This document shows, piece by piece, positions 47,190 through 59,020 of a DNA stretch of 64,000 nt. A model generated the notes under the pieces. It searched no databases, was not told the origin of the DNA, and worked only from the letters and a program-made list of their open reading frames with translations. The translations under genes and the position numbers were made by a program. The stretch's first letter is position 1. Each line of letters opens with the position of its first letter. This stretch comes from a virus: the IMG/VR virus record IMGVR_UViG_3300031555_005516. One strand, 5' to 3'.

Positions 47190-48129
47190 AATGATAGTAT
47201 TTTAATATTTTTTACAATATCTTCAATACCGTCTTTTTTATATATTAAACTAAAATCTCCACTTTTTCCAGTGATGATTTCAATTTTTACAAAAGAACCA
47301 TCCTATTCAATAATTGACGCTCGTTTATTACTAATCGACCAAGTTCCATCACTCTAATCTTGAATAGAATATGAAACTATATCAAAAGGATAAACTTCTT
47401 TAGGACCAATAATTAAAGAATCATCTGGCTCTTCAATAATATCTGTTTGCTCCCAATTATTGCCAAAATCTTCTTTTAAGTAAATTGTTAAAATACCTTC
47501 TGTAGTAAGTCTATCTACTGCCTATACTTCATAAGGTTTTCCTTTTATATTACATTTTTTAAATCTTTGAAAGAACTAATTTGTTATCTAATCATTAGAA
47601 ATATAAATTTCTATATTATAATTAAGTTCATTAAAAACAAAATGCTTAGTTTTTTGCCAATCGATACCTTTTTCATCAGGTCCTTTAAGATAATAGTAAT
47701 AATCTTTACCATTAATAGTTAATGGCTCATTCTCACATTCTCTCATTAGTCCTCTGAAATATGCTACTTCTTGTAAATACTATGAATACACGATCCAATG
47801 TGTATTATTTTCTTTCCAAGTAATAACATCTCCACATTTTACTCCTATATCTTCTTTGGCAACTGAAGTTTTACCATCGGCGCCCGGCGCCTTATTTAAA
47901 CATATATCTTTAAATGGAATAGACAACATTTTATCATCTAGTTCCATGCTAAGTTTATTTGGATTTATTAAACATCTAAACTCTCTACCATCTTGTAATA
48001 CTGCAGTGGCTGATTGATAAGCGCGCCATAGAGAATTTCTAAAACTACGCTCTTTATCCTCAATCATTCGATCTACCTACTACTTGCCGCCATAATAATT
48101 AAGTCTAGCTTTCAAATTATTCAAAGACA
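47190..48129 (-). CDS. Hypothetical neck/tail protein (~310 aa, TAG-recoded)
   Basis: RBS 'aataggagaattatagaaATG'. Contains fragment 47780..48067. Confidence 0.3.
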
Positions 48130-48444
48130 TTTCTATAATTCTCCTATTATTCCCAAGCATTCAAAAATAACTCCGCGATATAGCATAAAATCACTTTTTG
48201 CTTCAAGGGAAAACAATCCTTCTAACTTACAGGTTAATTTATAAAGATTAGACTATTGATCGAGAAATAACCTATCCATTCCTGCAAGCTCTTCCATTAT
48301 CGTTTCAAGAGGTTTTTGCCAATCATGTCCCTCTTCGCGTAATGGCAATAACTTATATATCTAATTAGTAAGACGAGCAAGATTGGCTTTAATCGCCTCT
48401 AATTCTATATCAAATCCATATTTTAGTATCATTAATTAGTCCCC

Positions 48445-48912
48445 CTTAAAAGAAGACTCCATAATACTACCAAAAGTAGATCTCATAATACCTTTACTAT
48501 CTGCTTTTCTCCGCTTGTATAATCTTTGTAAATGAAATCCTTTTCTTTCATATTCTTTTTGCAAATCTTTAAGCTTATGCATATGATTTGCCTAAGATGT
48601 AAACTTAAAATCACTACCGCTATATTTCATTCGAATTAATTCAATAGTTGCTAACTATTGACCCATCCATTCAACAATCATATAAGTAGCAATAATATTC
48701 AGCTCTTCTTCTGATAGCTAAACTAAAAATTCAGTATCAGTTCTAGCACTCAAATCTACACGTGGAAACTCAAACCAAGGTAATGCACTTTGAAGCAACT
48801 CAAAAAGAAGATTGTTAGTTTCTTCAACAGTAAGCTCCATATACATATCATCAGTTACTTTTGATAAAAATTTATCATATACTGCGGAAAAAGGTGTTGA
48901 TGCTATTGGCAT
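48445..48912 (-). CDS. Putative head-tail connector/adaptor protein (TAG-recoded)
   Basis: RBS 'aaaataggaggtgttattATG'. Fragment 48718..48912 ('MPIASTPFSAVYDKFLSKVTDDMYMELTVEETNNLLFELLQSALPWFEF') ends on TAG and continues about 90 codons. Confidence 0.3.
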
Positions 48913-48929
48913 AATAACACCTCCTATTT

Positions 48930-49505
48930 TTATTTTATAACGGTATATTTAGGTGCGGCAGCGCGTCTAACCGGCATCTCAGGCTCGTTATTTTGAGCCT
49001 CTTCTGTCAAAGGCGCAGCACGTCTTGTTCTAGTTTCTGTTTTTATTTCTGTTTCACTTAGATGTTGAATTTCTATTGCTTTTGTTACATCGAAATTAGT
49101 TTGCTCAAGAATAATTTCTCTTTTACGAACGTCATTAAGTTTAGTTTTTACAGCTCTTTCCTTAATAAGTTCAACAACGCCTTCAGGCGCAAAATCAAGA
49201 GCATCTCTTAATTGATCAAGGGTTGCGCGCTCAAGTAGATAATCTACATCTTTTGCATTATAAAAATACTCAGGCTCTACTCCAGGAAGAAGTTCATCAG
49301 CCGCTTCCTTACTGTGAATAATTAAATTGCTTTCAATTAAACGATAAATTCCAGGTATTTGAACAGCTTGGCGCAATTCATTCATAGTAATCTCTTTAGT
49401 TTCTCCTGGAACAAAACGTCTAATTATATTAGACTCTGGAACTACATATGCAACAATTGCATTAGCCCTATTTTCAACTCTAATTTTATCTGTGTTAGCT
49501 ATCAT
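48930..49505 (-). CDS. Hypothetical protein downstream of the MCP
   Basis: Intact 191-aa ORF, RBS 'aaaaggagattattatATG'. Confidence 0.4.
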   Translation of the reverse strand: MIANTDKIRVENRANAIVAYVVPESNIIRRFVPGETKEITMNELRQAVQIPGIYRLIESNLIIHSKEAADELLPGVEPEYFYNAKDVDYLLERATLDQLRDALDFAPEGVVELIKERAVKTKLNDVRKREIILEQTNFDVTKAIEIQHLSETEIKTETRTRRAAPLTEEAQNNEPEMPVRRAAAPKYTVIK

Positions 49506-49588
49506 ATAATAATCTCCTTTTATCTCCTTTTGAAATTAAGAGGGAAGGAAGTTTCCTTCACTTCCCTCGTTAAAGTTCAGTTTATTAA

Positions 49589-50641
49589 TTATCTATCAAT
49601 AGTGAGAGATGTGTTCTTATAAACACAAATATCATTATTAATCATTGTGGCAACTCCGACTTTCTTATAGAAATGGATGCTCTTAGACCAGTCGTCATTG
49701 TCCTCTTCTTTAATCATTGTATCGCCTTCAAAGGCAATCTTAATAGGCTTCTCAGCTCCGCCAGGAATAATCCATGCGTATGCAGGATCAATAACTTTCT
49801 TCGAGTTGGTCTCGTCAACATAAGACTGGCGAAGAACAATTACTTGGTGACCCTTATAACCTGCAAGTCTACCATTTGCCCAGTACTCGTCCTTCATAGA
49901 GTCAGACATCTTGCCCTTTTCCCAAGCATTATCAGGAAGCATTTGCGAAGCAAACTCAAAAGTGCAATAAATTGTAGATCTACCATTTCCATAAGAGTCA
50001 GCTACGGCAAGAAGAGAATCCATTTCAGCTTCGATGAAACTTGCGCCTTCAAACTTGTTTGCAGGCTGAATTGTATCAACAGCAGCAATTAGACAACTTG
50101 CTATCTCAGCATAGATTCTATCATCCATACCTTCCATAACGATGTCGATAAGAGTAGCCATGTCAACACGTCCATCAAGATATTCCTCGATAGCGATCTG
50201 ACAAGCAGCAGCCATAGCAGAAGTCTTAACTTCGTAGCTACGTCCATCAAGTTTGAATACTTCGTAACGACCAGCAAGTCCTGCAGGCATTGCAATAAAC
50301 TGCTTTGCACGTCTGCGAGAAGCTTCTGTGATCTTCTGTGTAAAGATTGGTTTTTCGCCTTGTCTATATGTTTTAACTTCAGCAAATGCGCCATATTGCT
50401 GCATTACCTTAGCAGGAAGCTTATCTGTGATAATTTCCTCCATAAGTGCGAATACAATATTGTGATTCTCTCTCCAAAGAGCATACGTTCCAATAAGACT
50501 ATTAAGCTCTTCACGAAGAGTGTTATCAAGATCTGCATAACTATAGTTCTTATTCTCGAAAGAATAAGCAACGGGAGCAGAAGGATTAGCGTCAGCAACT
50601 TTGTGTGCTAATGTAAATAAACTATTTCTATTTAATGCCAT
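49589..50641 (-). CDS. Major capsid protein (HK97-fold type)
   Basis: Intact 350-aa ORF, RBS 'aagggagggaataataATG'. Position (after protease/scaffold, before connector genes) and size fit an MCP. Confidence 0.55.
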   Translation of the reverse strand: MALNRNSLFTLAHKVADANPSAPVAYSFENKNYSYADLDNTLREELNSLIGTYALWRENHNIVFALMEEIITDKLPAKVMQQYGAFAEVKTYRQGEKPIFTQKITEASRRRAKQFIAMPAGLAGRYEVFKLDGRSYEVKTSAMAAACQIAIEEYLDGRVDMATLIDIVMEGMDDRIYAEIASCLIAAVDTIQPANKFEGASFIEAEMDSLLAVADSYGNGRSTIYCTFEFASQMLPDNAWEKGKMSDSMKDEYWANGRLAGYKGHQVIVLRQSYVDETNSKKVIDPAYAWIIPGGAEKPIKIAFEGDTMIKEEDNDDWSKSIHFYKKVGVATMINNDICVYKNTSLTIDR

Positions 50642-50658
50642 TATTATTCCCTCCCTTA

Positions 50659-51189
50659 TTATTTAATACGCATTACCTTAACGCCCTGTTGACCGTCAGG
50701 CATTGTGTAAACTTTAACAACTTGGAATACGATATCGCTAGTTCCTGCAGTAGAAAGGAATCCTTCATCATTGATCTTAAGCTCAGTACCAACGTCGATT
50801 TCCTCAGTACCTTCAAAAACAGCCTTGCCAGAGGTATTTGCGCCCTCAAGGCAGTTTGTAGTATAAATGTCACCAGGCATAGTCTTAAGAACTCTTGGCG
50901 CCATTACACCACCATTAAAATTATCAGCTTGAAGAGCAAAATCCTTGTAAGACTCTCTCCAAGAATCATCATAAAGCTTTACTTCATTCATAACGAGCAT
51001 CCACTCGCCCTTGCCAGTAAAGTTAATTTCGCCACCGTTTGTAGCATAGTCATATTTTACGAACTGACCATTCTCAAGGATCTTAATATCCTTGTTACAA
51101 GGGAGAGATGCGTAAACCTGACCGTTTCTTTGAGCGGATAGATGGTTAGGCTCTACCTGACCAAATCCAATACGCTTAATAGTAGCCAT
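50659..51189 (-). CDS. Hypothetical capsid-associated protein (possible decoration protein)
   Basis: Intact 176-aa ORF, RBS 'aaggaggacatatagcATG'. Between scaffold and MCP. Confidence 0.35.
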   Translation of the reverse strand: MATIKRIGFGQVEPNHLSAQRNGQVYASLPCNKDIKILENGQFVKYDYATNGGEINFTGKGEWMLVMNEVKLYDDSWRESYKDFALQADNFNGGVMAPRVLKTMPGDIYTTNCLEGANTSGKAVFEGTEEIDVGTELKINDEGFLSTAGTSDIVFQVVKVYTMPDGQQGVKVMRIK

Positions 51190-51213
51190 GCTATATGTCC
51201 TCCTTAATTAAAC

Positions 51214-52620
51214 TTAAATATTTTTAGCCATTACATTTTCAACTGCAATAAGCCACTCAGGTTTTGAAGCACCAGGATCAGACACATTAAATGTCACAGC
51301 TGGCTGCTCTATTTTATTATTATTTTTAGAGGAATCCTCTAAATCAAAATTGACCTTTTTTCTGAAACAAATTACAGAAAGTTTTTCTTCAATATCTTCT
51401 ACAGTGTAATTAGCTTTGTTAGAAATGACTTCTGCCTTATCTTCATCGCTAAGCATATAGAATTTATTAATCATTTCATCTTTCTTTGCATCGTCACTTT
51501 GTCTTTTAAATTCAACAAGTTCTGCATGTGCAGTTTCAAGCTCTGTGTATCTAGATTGAAGCTCACTATACTGAGACTCAAGAGCAGAATATTCAGCTCT
51601 TACTGTTTCAAGAGTTTCTTGCAATGCCGTATACTGTTCTTCAATAGAAGGCGCGGGAGTTGGTTCAGGATCTATTGGAGTAGGTTCTACAATAGGCTCT
51701 GGCTCAACCGCTGGTTCAGCTACAGGCTCCTCAGCAACAGGCTCAGCTACCGGTTCTTCAACAGCGATAGGCGCTTCTTCAACAACAGGCTCTTCAGATG
51801 CAGCAGATGAAGGTTCTGCGCCATCAATGGGCTCAGTTACTGACTCAACTACAGGTTCTGCAGCAGGCTCAACAACCGGCTCTTCGACAACAACAGGATC
51901 GACGATTGTGTCTATCATTTGCTGACCTCCTTCTAATGCAGTTTTTAAATCCTGCATCATCGTAAATAATGTTTGTCTAAAGTTATCATCAACTTTAGTA
52001 AAAGACGCACTAACATTTAGTGCTGTTACACTAGCTCCCTCAAAACAAGGCTTAATGTCATCACCTAAAATGCAAAGTTTTGAAAAAATTGCGTCATTTA
52101 TAATAAAGAAATCCATGCCACGAGTATTTGTTTCCCAGTGTCCTTGTAAAGAATCTTCATCTAATTCCATTGATTGCGGCTTGCCATCACTCTCAACGGC
52201 AGACTTACATTCTTCAAATTGACCAGTCCACAAATATCCAGTAGTCATTAGATATTCTCTCAAAATATTTTCTCCAAAATCATTGGTATCTTGGAACTCT
52301 TGGAACCATACCTTTGCATCTGGAGCTACAAAACCGTAAGGAACAGTTTTGCAATTAAACTTGATACCCTCATCATCAATGATGACTTCTTTTCCATGAT
52401 CTCGAAAATCTTCTTTTTCTTCTTTATAATAGCCAACAATTGGCGCGCCTCTAAGCGTTTTCGCCATATCTGTGGCTACTTCTTTGGTAATATAGGATCT
52501 ATTCCTATTTTCACCAATATAAAGAACCTTGATTTCGCAAGCGCTCATAAGAGGATTGATATCAAGTGGGGTTAAGTTGATAAACTCAGGAGAGTTTATC
52601 GTTGCAACAGATTTGTGCAT
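51214..52620 (-). CDS. Prohead protease/scaffold-like protein with Pro/Glu/Val-rich repeat linker
   Basis: Intact 468-aa ORF. N-terminal globular domain, then 'EPVVEPAAEPVVESVTEP...EPVAEPVAEEPVAEPAVEPEP' repeats, then coiled coil 'YTALQETLETVRAEYSALESQYSELQSRYTELE'. Between portal and MCP. Confidence 0.4.
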   Translation of the reverse strand: MHKSVATINSPEFINLTPLDINPLMSACEIKVLYIGENRNRSYITKEVATDMAKTLRGAPIVGYYKEEKEDFRDHGKEVIIDDEGIKFNCKTVPYGFVAPDAKVWFQEFQDTNDFGENILREYLMTTGYLWTGQFEECKSAVESDGKPQSMELDEDSLQGHWETNTRGMDFFIINDAIFSKLCILGDDIKPCFEGASVTALNVSASFTKVDDNFRQTLFTMMQDLKTALEGGQQMIDTIVDPVVVEEPVVEPAAEPVVESVTEPIDGAEPSSAASEEPVVEEAPIAVEEPVAEPVAEEPVAEPAVEPEPIVEPTPIDPEPTPAPSIEEQYTALQETLETVRAEYSALESQYSELQSRYTELETAHAELVEFKRQSDDAKKDEMINKFYMLSDEDKAEVISNKANYTVEDIEEKLSVICFRKKVNFDLEDSSKNNNKIEQPAVTFNVSDPGASKPEWLIAVENVMAKNI

Positions 52621-52636
52621 AATGTTTCTCCTCTCC

Positions 52637-54229
52637 TCAGCTCATAGCTTCTCTGTTTTGAATAGTCTTTTCAGACTTTTGATCATCCGCTTTTTCTGGA
52701 CGACCGGTTTTCTTTTTTTCAACAGGTTTATCCTATTGTGCGCCTGAAGGCTAGGTGTTAGCAGGCTATATCTTAGCCTTATGTTCTTCTTGCGCCTATT
52801 TAGAAGTGAATAATCCAGTTACATCAAGAACTTCATTTTCAAACTTAGCAGTTGCAATTACACCAGCTTGAGACTGCCCTAAAGCAACACTTGAAAGTAG
52901 TTTTGAGCCACCAGTTGCGCTAAGTTCTTTATAAAGTTTTGACATATCTTTATAATTATAAATAGTTGTAGGAAGTATATTTACTTTATAATACAACTTT
53001 TTTGGATTTTTATTAAAAGGTTTAATAAGATAATTTAAAAATGTTTCAAATTGAAGAATGAGTCCATAAATATTTGCCTCATCATCAAGAATACTTTTTT
53101 CTAACGCAATATTGCCATCAGTATTAAATAAATTTTGTGCAGTACCAGATTCATTGTAAACAGATCTTTCAACTTTTTCCAATTCATCCATACTTGCTGC
53201 GGCTTGAGTATCTGCCATATCTGCAACTTCAACATCTGCAAAAGTTGTAAGTACGTCAATACCAATTGCTTTGCCCAGCATCTTAACTGCATTATTATGA
53301 AGTTCTTGCGCTTCATCCACATCAAATATCAATTCACCATTTTTATCTAATGGCATTTTTTGAATGATAATTTTTAATAGTTTCTACGCCATTCTTTTTC
53401 TATCTAACTCTTGTGCAGCATCCAAATCTATAATATGTGGAATTACCGAAACAAAAGGCGGATAATCTTCATTATTAATATTAAATTTAAAAGTATGCTC
53501 AATATCAAGCAAATACCATCCCGCTGTATCCCCAGGAAAATCGGGTATCAATTTTCCCTCTTTAAAAGCAATATAACCTTTCTAAAAGTCTTTTGGCCAC
53601 ATTGCCAAGACTCTCATTCGATAATCAACATTTTTAAATTCATCATCAAAGAATTTCATATTGAATTCTACTGCAGGTCTACCTTTAATGCTATATCTTA
53701 CTCTACAGTATTTAGGCAATAGCTCCTAAATTTGCGCCGTATCGCCATCTTGAATAATATATCCATAATAGCATCCTCTGCGCATTACTTTTAAAGCTAC
53801 TTCACTAAAAAATTCTTTTACTCCAAATTCATTTAAATAATAACTACTTTTATTAAAGCCGTCAATTATTTTATCTGGTGTAACTTTATCTGATGGAGTA
53901 AAAGGAGTAATTGTCCAGTCATATCTATAAAAATTAGCTAAATGTTTACAAAGTCTAGAATAAATACCACTAATTTTAAAGTAAAACTCTGAGGCGCTTC
54001 GCATAGTTTCAATATCTCCGCGCGCTATCGCCTGCAGAATATTTTCTTTAGTCATTTGTGGATTAATTTTCTTATATGCGCCTAAATTCATAACCGCATC
54101 ATTAAGAGATTTAATTCCAACTTTCATTTTAGCATATTCCATTTCTGGGATAACATTTCCTTCGACTGGGATACTTCTTGGGGTGCTCATGTCAAAACCT
54201 TTTTTACGAATTTCTTCCATTCTGTCCAA
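52637..54229 (-). CDS. Putative portal protein (~530 aa, TAG-recoded)
   Basis: Fragments 53726..54229 and 52796..53356 share a frame and are joined through TAGs. Read-through of the TAG at 52796 continues to a TGA near 52637-52639, overlapping the next start. Placement between TerL and protease/scaffold fits a portal. Confidence 0.45.
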
Positions 54230-54289
54230 GTTTAAGCACCTCTTCTTTCTTCTAATATTATATTTTAAATTTTAAACTTTGTCAATAAC

Positions 54290-54647
54290 CCGCGGCAGTA
54301 AAGATATAATCATAGGTTATAATACTTTCATCTGTATAAGGAATTATAACTAAGGGAATACGGTGTTTTTTACAGTATTCCCTCTTAAGCATATCATAAT
54401 ACTGCTAAGTGCGTAATCCAGCGATTCCACCAAATTTAGACTTGGGTTCATAATGTTGAATTCCTTGAAACTCAATTAAAAAATCAACCTCACCCTCATC
54501 GTCGAGCACTGCAAAGTCAAAACGAAGTGGTGTTTTAGAATGACTGACAAGATCGGGAAAAGAATATTCTTCTTTAAAAGAAACTCCTTCAGCTGTTAAA
54601 ATATCATATATTTTAATTTCTCCTCGACTTGCTTTCATACTTCTCAC
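54290..54647 (-). CDS. Small PD-(D/E)xK (DUF559/Vsr-like) endonuclease, 1 in-frame TAG
   Basis: 'DFAVLDDEGEVDFLIEFQGIQHYEP' has the E-x-(Q/D)-G-x-x-H core of DUF559-type nucleases. Fragment 54405..54647 ends on TAG and continues about 38 codons. Inserted between terL and the portal. Confidence 0.4.
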
Positions 54648-54712
54648 TCCTTTACTATTGTTATATAAAAATTGTAATAACGATTTTATTAAAAAATGTC
54701 CTAAAATTTTAG

Positions 54713-56458
54713 TTATGAGTAGAACATCATTTGAGATATATTTCTCTTTTTTCTCTTTTTAGATCGCTCTTCTTCTTGTTTAATATAATACAAACCATAC
54801 TCAAAAGCAGAAAACTTATCCTTAGGAATACTACGAGAAGATTGTTTTAGAATAATATTAGTTCCTTCGTTGTCTTCTACAAGGTTTAAAAGCTGCTCAC
54901 GCAAAATAGTGGTTAAAGTAAATGGCTTTAAATATTCTGCACGCTTATCAGCATCCATCTCCTGTCCCACCTTGGTTGTCATAAGCTTGTTCTTAGCCGT
55001 AACTTCATCAATTAGGAACTAAATTTTACCACCAACAAGCTAGGTTTGTACATAGGTATGAGCTTCTGTGTTAATAGGTGCATTAGCCTTAATTAAATAC
55101 ATAGCATCCTCTTCCACTCCTGCGCCTTTAATCTTCTTATATTGCTCATTGAATTCATCTGAAGTTCCTCCAGCCACTCCAAAAGGAGGTAAGTACTCAC
55201 CTGATTCAGGATCCTCTTGCGCCTTGGTCATAAAGTCTATTAATCCTGCGCCAAGACCATTGGCGTCGATTGCCGCTACTCGCGCGCGATATTTGTAAAA
55301 TAATTTTTTAATCTTAATCGCTTGTGCTTCAAAGTCCTCTGCTTCATAAGAGTAGAGATTAACAAGTGACTTAATAGCGGCGCCTTGCGCCTGGGGCGAG
55401 ACCTTAAATACACAAACCTCGGTTGTACATTTAAATCTACCTACGTCGACACCTAAGACATAGTATCCATTCTTTGAGATTTTGCCTGAATACTCATACT
55501 CGGGCAATAGGCGCGACCTGTGCTTATCAAATTTTTCAGCTGAGAAAAATGCATTCTCAGCATCGCCGCTCCACTCAGACTCATACTCTCTTGAGAACGA
55601 TGCATCATTATATGTTCCGTCAAGCTTTAGCTCATCAATAAAACTCTTTTTCAGTAGCTTTTCCATAACTGGAATACGCCAGGTTCCGCCCATAACAACG
55701 GCTTCATCAGGGTATATAATCTAACGGATAAGAAGCTCTATAAGTTTTTCATATGCGAAGCTGTTTTTCCAACCCGCTGTTGTTACGTAGATCTAGCTCT
55801 TATTTACAGTTTCCGATTCTATACGACTACCATCTGCCAATCGCCTGTCGACATTAAGGGTGGGAATTATTACTTCATTCAGTAGCGTCTAGTCAATTAA
55901 GATACACTCCTCCATAAGTCCGCCAGTAGCACGCTTACCTCTCGAAGACTGGCGCGCTGCCATAATATCAAGTTTTGAACCATTTTTAAATATTAATTCA
56001 ATGTTATCTTTACTTGTTTTAGTCTTACCTCTTGTCATATCTAACTCGTTTCGCAAGCCTGGAATTAGCTTGCAAAGTTCATCACTTTTCTCTTTAGCAA
56101 TTCCTGCTGCTTGCTCTTTTCCGCCCGTAGTGACGAATAAATGACTACCTGGATATAAAATACATCTAAGCATCAATACAAGAACTGATAAAAAGCTCTT
56201 TGAATAGGCTCTTGGAAACGTCGCATAGGCATATCTATGACGCATCACTGCTCTAAGGAAAAGACGCTAATAAAAGAAAAGCTAAAAATTTTCTGGGTTA
56301 GGACCACAAAGAAACTCTACAAACATATCTGGATATTCACGCCAATAGGCAACATACTGGCGGACTATAGGTAATTGCGCCCTAACGCGTTCTTCTGATA
56401 AGCCTATTTTTTGTTGACCTCTATCAAGAGTAAGGTCTAATAAATCTTGTAGCGCCAT
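54713..56458 (-). CDS. terL: Terminase large subunit (TAG-recoded, ~581 aa)
   Basis: RBS 'gaggtataagatATG'. N-terminus 'MALQDLLDLTLDRGQQKIGLSEERVRAQ'. ATPase region 'HLFVTTGGKEQAAG...IELIFKNGSKLDIMAARQSSRGKRATGGLMEECILIDE' (Walker B/coupling). Nuclease domain 'YVLGVDVGRFKCTTEVCVF'. Fragments 55889..56248, 55040..55693 and 54713..54982 share a frame and are joined through TAGs. TAA at 54713-54715. Confidence 0.8.
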
Positions 56459-56461
56459 ATC

Positions 56462-57682
56462 TTATACCTCAGTATAAATATTTTTATCTTGTATTTTTTG
56501 ACTCATAATTTCATCATAATAATCAATTAAATCTTCATCAGCCAATTCATTTGGCGCATATGGATCATAATCGTCGCCCTCTTCCATTTGACGCTCTTCC
56601 GCCTCTTTATTCATTTCATTTTGAAGCATAATCTTTTTTAAAGAATCTTCTATTTGCTGTCCGAAACCAAGGTCTTGAGTAACCAATTTGCGCACATATT
56701 CATTCATATCTTTTAAAGTCATATCTACTTTATCTTGAGGAATATCTGTAGCGAATCTAGGAATAAAACCATCTCTTTCGCATAACGCTATTAATTCACC
56801 AACAGAGTCAACAAAATCTCCTTTTTCCTCTTTATTCTATTGAGCGGTAAATTTTGCGCTTTTACGCAAAGATTCTGCCACTTTCGCAAGTTTTTGATAA
56901 CCTTCAATATCTCCACAGTCAATAGCTTGATTAGCTTTTAAATTAGTTTTACAAAGAAGGATTAAGGTATTTTCAGAGTCCGCATCTTGAATATCAAATG
57001 ATTTTTTCATTTTAGTATAATCTGTTTCAAGAATAACCCATTCATTTGGTTTGTATAGCTTTCCCCATTTTACAGCCATTGCTATTTTATCTTCCTATGT
57101 TAAAGACGCGGCGGGGTCTGGGATCTCAGAATCATCTAAGAATTGATTTTCATCAAAAAAGTTGGTATCAGGCGCAATCGGCTAAGCTATAGATGGCGCC
57201 TTTGAATAAAAATTAGCATTTCGCGCAGTGGTGCTTACTAATGTTCTATACTAAGCTTCTGAAATTTCCCCTTTATCATACTGCTCTTGATACATTGCGT
57301 CCAATTCTGCTAGTTCTGCATCAGATGCAGCTTTTTTCTGCGCAGCCTCTGCCTATAGGCGCTCACTATCCGCCCAGCGCGCATCTTTAAATTGTTTCAG
57401 TTTCATTTTAGATAAATATTTTCCAAAGACAGACATGCCATTTAATTTACGAGGATCATCATTCGCTTTTGCCATTGCGTTGTCTCGTAATCTATTCCAT
57501 TCACCAGGAACGTAAGGAACATCCATTTTTTCTAAAAGCCAAACAAAAGTAGACTCATCAAAATTATTAATATGAAGTGTCATACATTTTTTACAAAGTT
57601 CAGTTTTAGTTCCATCATGATAGGTATAAAACTATCCTTCATCCATTGTCTTTTGACACTTATCACAAAAACAAGTTGCCAT
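56462..57682 (-). CDS. Zinc-ribbon N-terminal protein upstream of terL (possible small terminase), TAG-recoded (~406 aa)
   Basis: RBS 'aaaggagaataaaattgaATG'. N-terminus 'MATCFCDKCQKTMDEG*FYTYHDGTKTELCKKC'. I translated 56720-57682 and found 5 TAGs and no TAA/TGA. Fragments 57353..57583, 56837..57079 and 56462..56722 are one gene. TAA at 56462-56464. Confidence 0.35.
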
Positions 57683-57769
57683 TCAATTTTATTCTCCTTT
57701 CTAATTAAATAATTTATTCTATAGAGAATTAAAAATATTATTATAATAATTTTTATAATATGTTTAAAT

Positions 57770-58956
57770 TATTTTTTATTCTTTGCATTACGACATTTTT
57801 TACACATACTATACCATCCATCTTTAGAACTGCTATTTTTAGAATAGAAATAAGTATGAGCGGGTTTAGTTACCCCACAACAAGAACATTTTTTCCAACG
57901 GGCGCCTTTATGTGACTAATAGTATTTTATAACATAATCGATTTGCGCCTGTTGTGCTATTAATTTAGGTATTTTATTGCGCCATAGGTTTGAAATATAT
58001 TCTACGGTGTAGGTTTTATTATATGTTTTTAATAAATATTTTTGTATATCAATATTCTGAATCCCATCAAACTTCATATTGACAATATCGCGAAATATAG
58101 GTTCATTGTTAAGCGCCTTGTCCAATAGCTCATCAAAATCCAGCATAAGAAAATAAAAATCGCTAGAAAATTTATCTTTAACAGCAAGTTTTAATCCATT
58201 ATAATTGCACATAATTGCAGAAATATGCTTAGGATCAAAAAAAGATATTACACCTTTACTTTGTGGAATTCTATTTTCATCTAACCAATATTCTACGTGC
58301 AAATCAATTTTATTTACTCCTTTGGCGCAGGGTGCCGCAACCACAGGCTGGCGCACCGAACTTCGTAATATATATTGATCTTTACGCATTTCAATTAATT
58401 GTTTTTTTAACAGATATTTTCTCTTGCCACGGGCGCTTTTACATGCCGCCTCTACTTTTTCAATCTCTTCGCGCAGCTCTTTTAATCCAGGAATTTCTTC
58501 AATATCCCGCTCTGAAATAGGATCTTTTAATTGAAAAAACATATTTTTATTATCAGTGATTAAATTATAAATACCATCTTCACCATTTTCAAGTTTTTCT
58601 GCTAATCCTTCGTATGAGGTTTCGCGCTTATTAATGGTTATAAGGCGGTTTGTAGTAAGGTATTGGCGCCCCTTCTTTTCTTCTTTTGTAATGCCGCCCA
58701 TTATATAATCGCCTAATATTTCTAAATAACGATTTGTAAGATTCTGCGCCGGAGTTTGCTCTACGATCTTATTAACAAGACCGGCGCGCTCTTCGCAAGT
58801 TTTTAAAGTATAGTCTAAATGCAGAGTTTGTTCAATATCCTCTGCCGCAATCTAGTCTTCAATTATATCTGCCTCTTGGTTAGGAGCCGAGTCTTCGTCT
58901 TCTATGTCCAAAAGGTCTTGAGTATTATCGTAATCCAAGTTATTGGCTCCTTTCAT
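57770..58956 (-). CDS. First gene of the leftward operon: acidic N-terminus and C-terminal Cys4 zinc ribbon (putative regulator), TAG-recoded
   Basis: ATG at 58954-58956 ('ATGAAAGGAGCC'). Contains fragment 57916..58701, which reads through a TAG into '...SHKGARWKKCSCCGVTKPAHTYFYSKNSSSKDGWYSMCKKCRNAKNKK'. At least 2 in-frame TAGs. Confidence 0.3.
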
Positions 58957-58968
58957 CTATCTTTAAAT

Positions 58969-58997
58969 AAATTATACCAAAATTTTTTGCGCCTGTC
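58969..58997 (-). promoter_or_regulatory. Sigma-70/SigA-type promoter for the leftward morphogenesis operon
   Basis: Minus strand reads 'TTGACAggcgcaaaaaattttgGTATAAT' (-35 TTGACA, 17-nt spacer, extended -10 TGgTATAAT), about 15 nt upstream of the 58956 start. Confidence 0.6.
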
Positions 58998-59020
58998 AAG
59001 AAAGTGTGGTATTTTAGATT

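Noticed and set aside
6520-58956. Interpretation of the fragmented minus-strand ORFs as a decayed or pseudogenised prophage
   Set aside because: The interruptions are TAG only and never TAA/TGA. Reading frames are maintained over kilobases. Genes retain SD sites, terminate on TAA/TGA followed by terminators, and read-through yields protein-like sequence. Decay would produce mixed stops and frameshifts.
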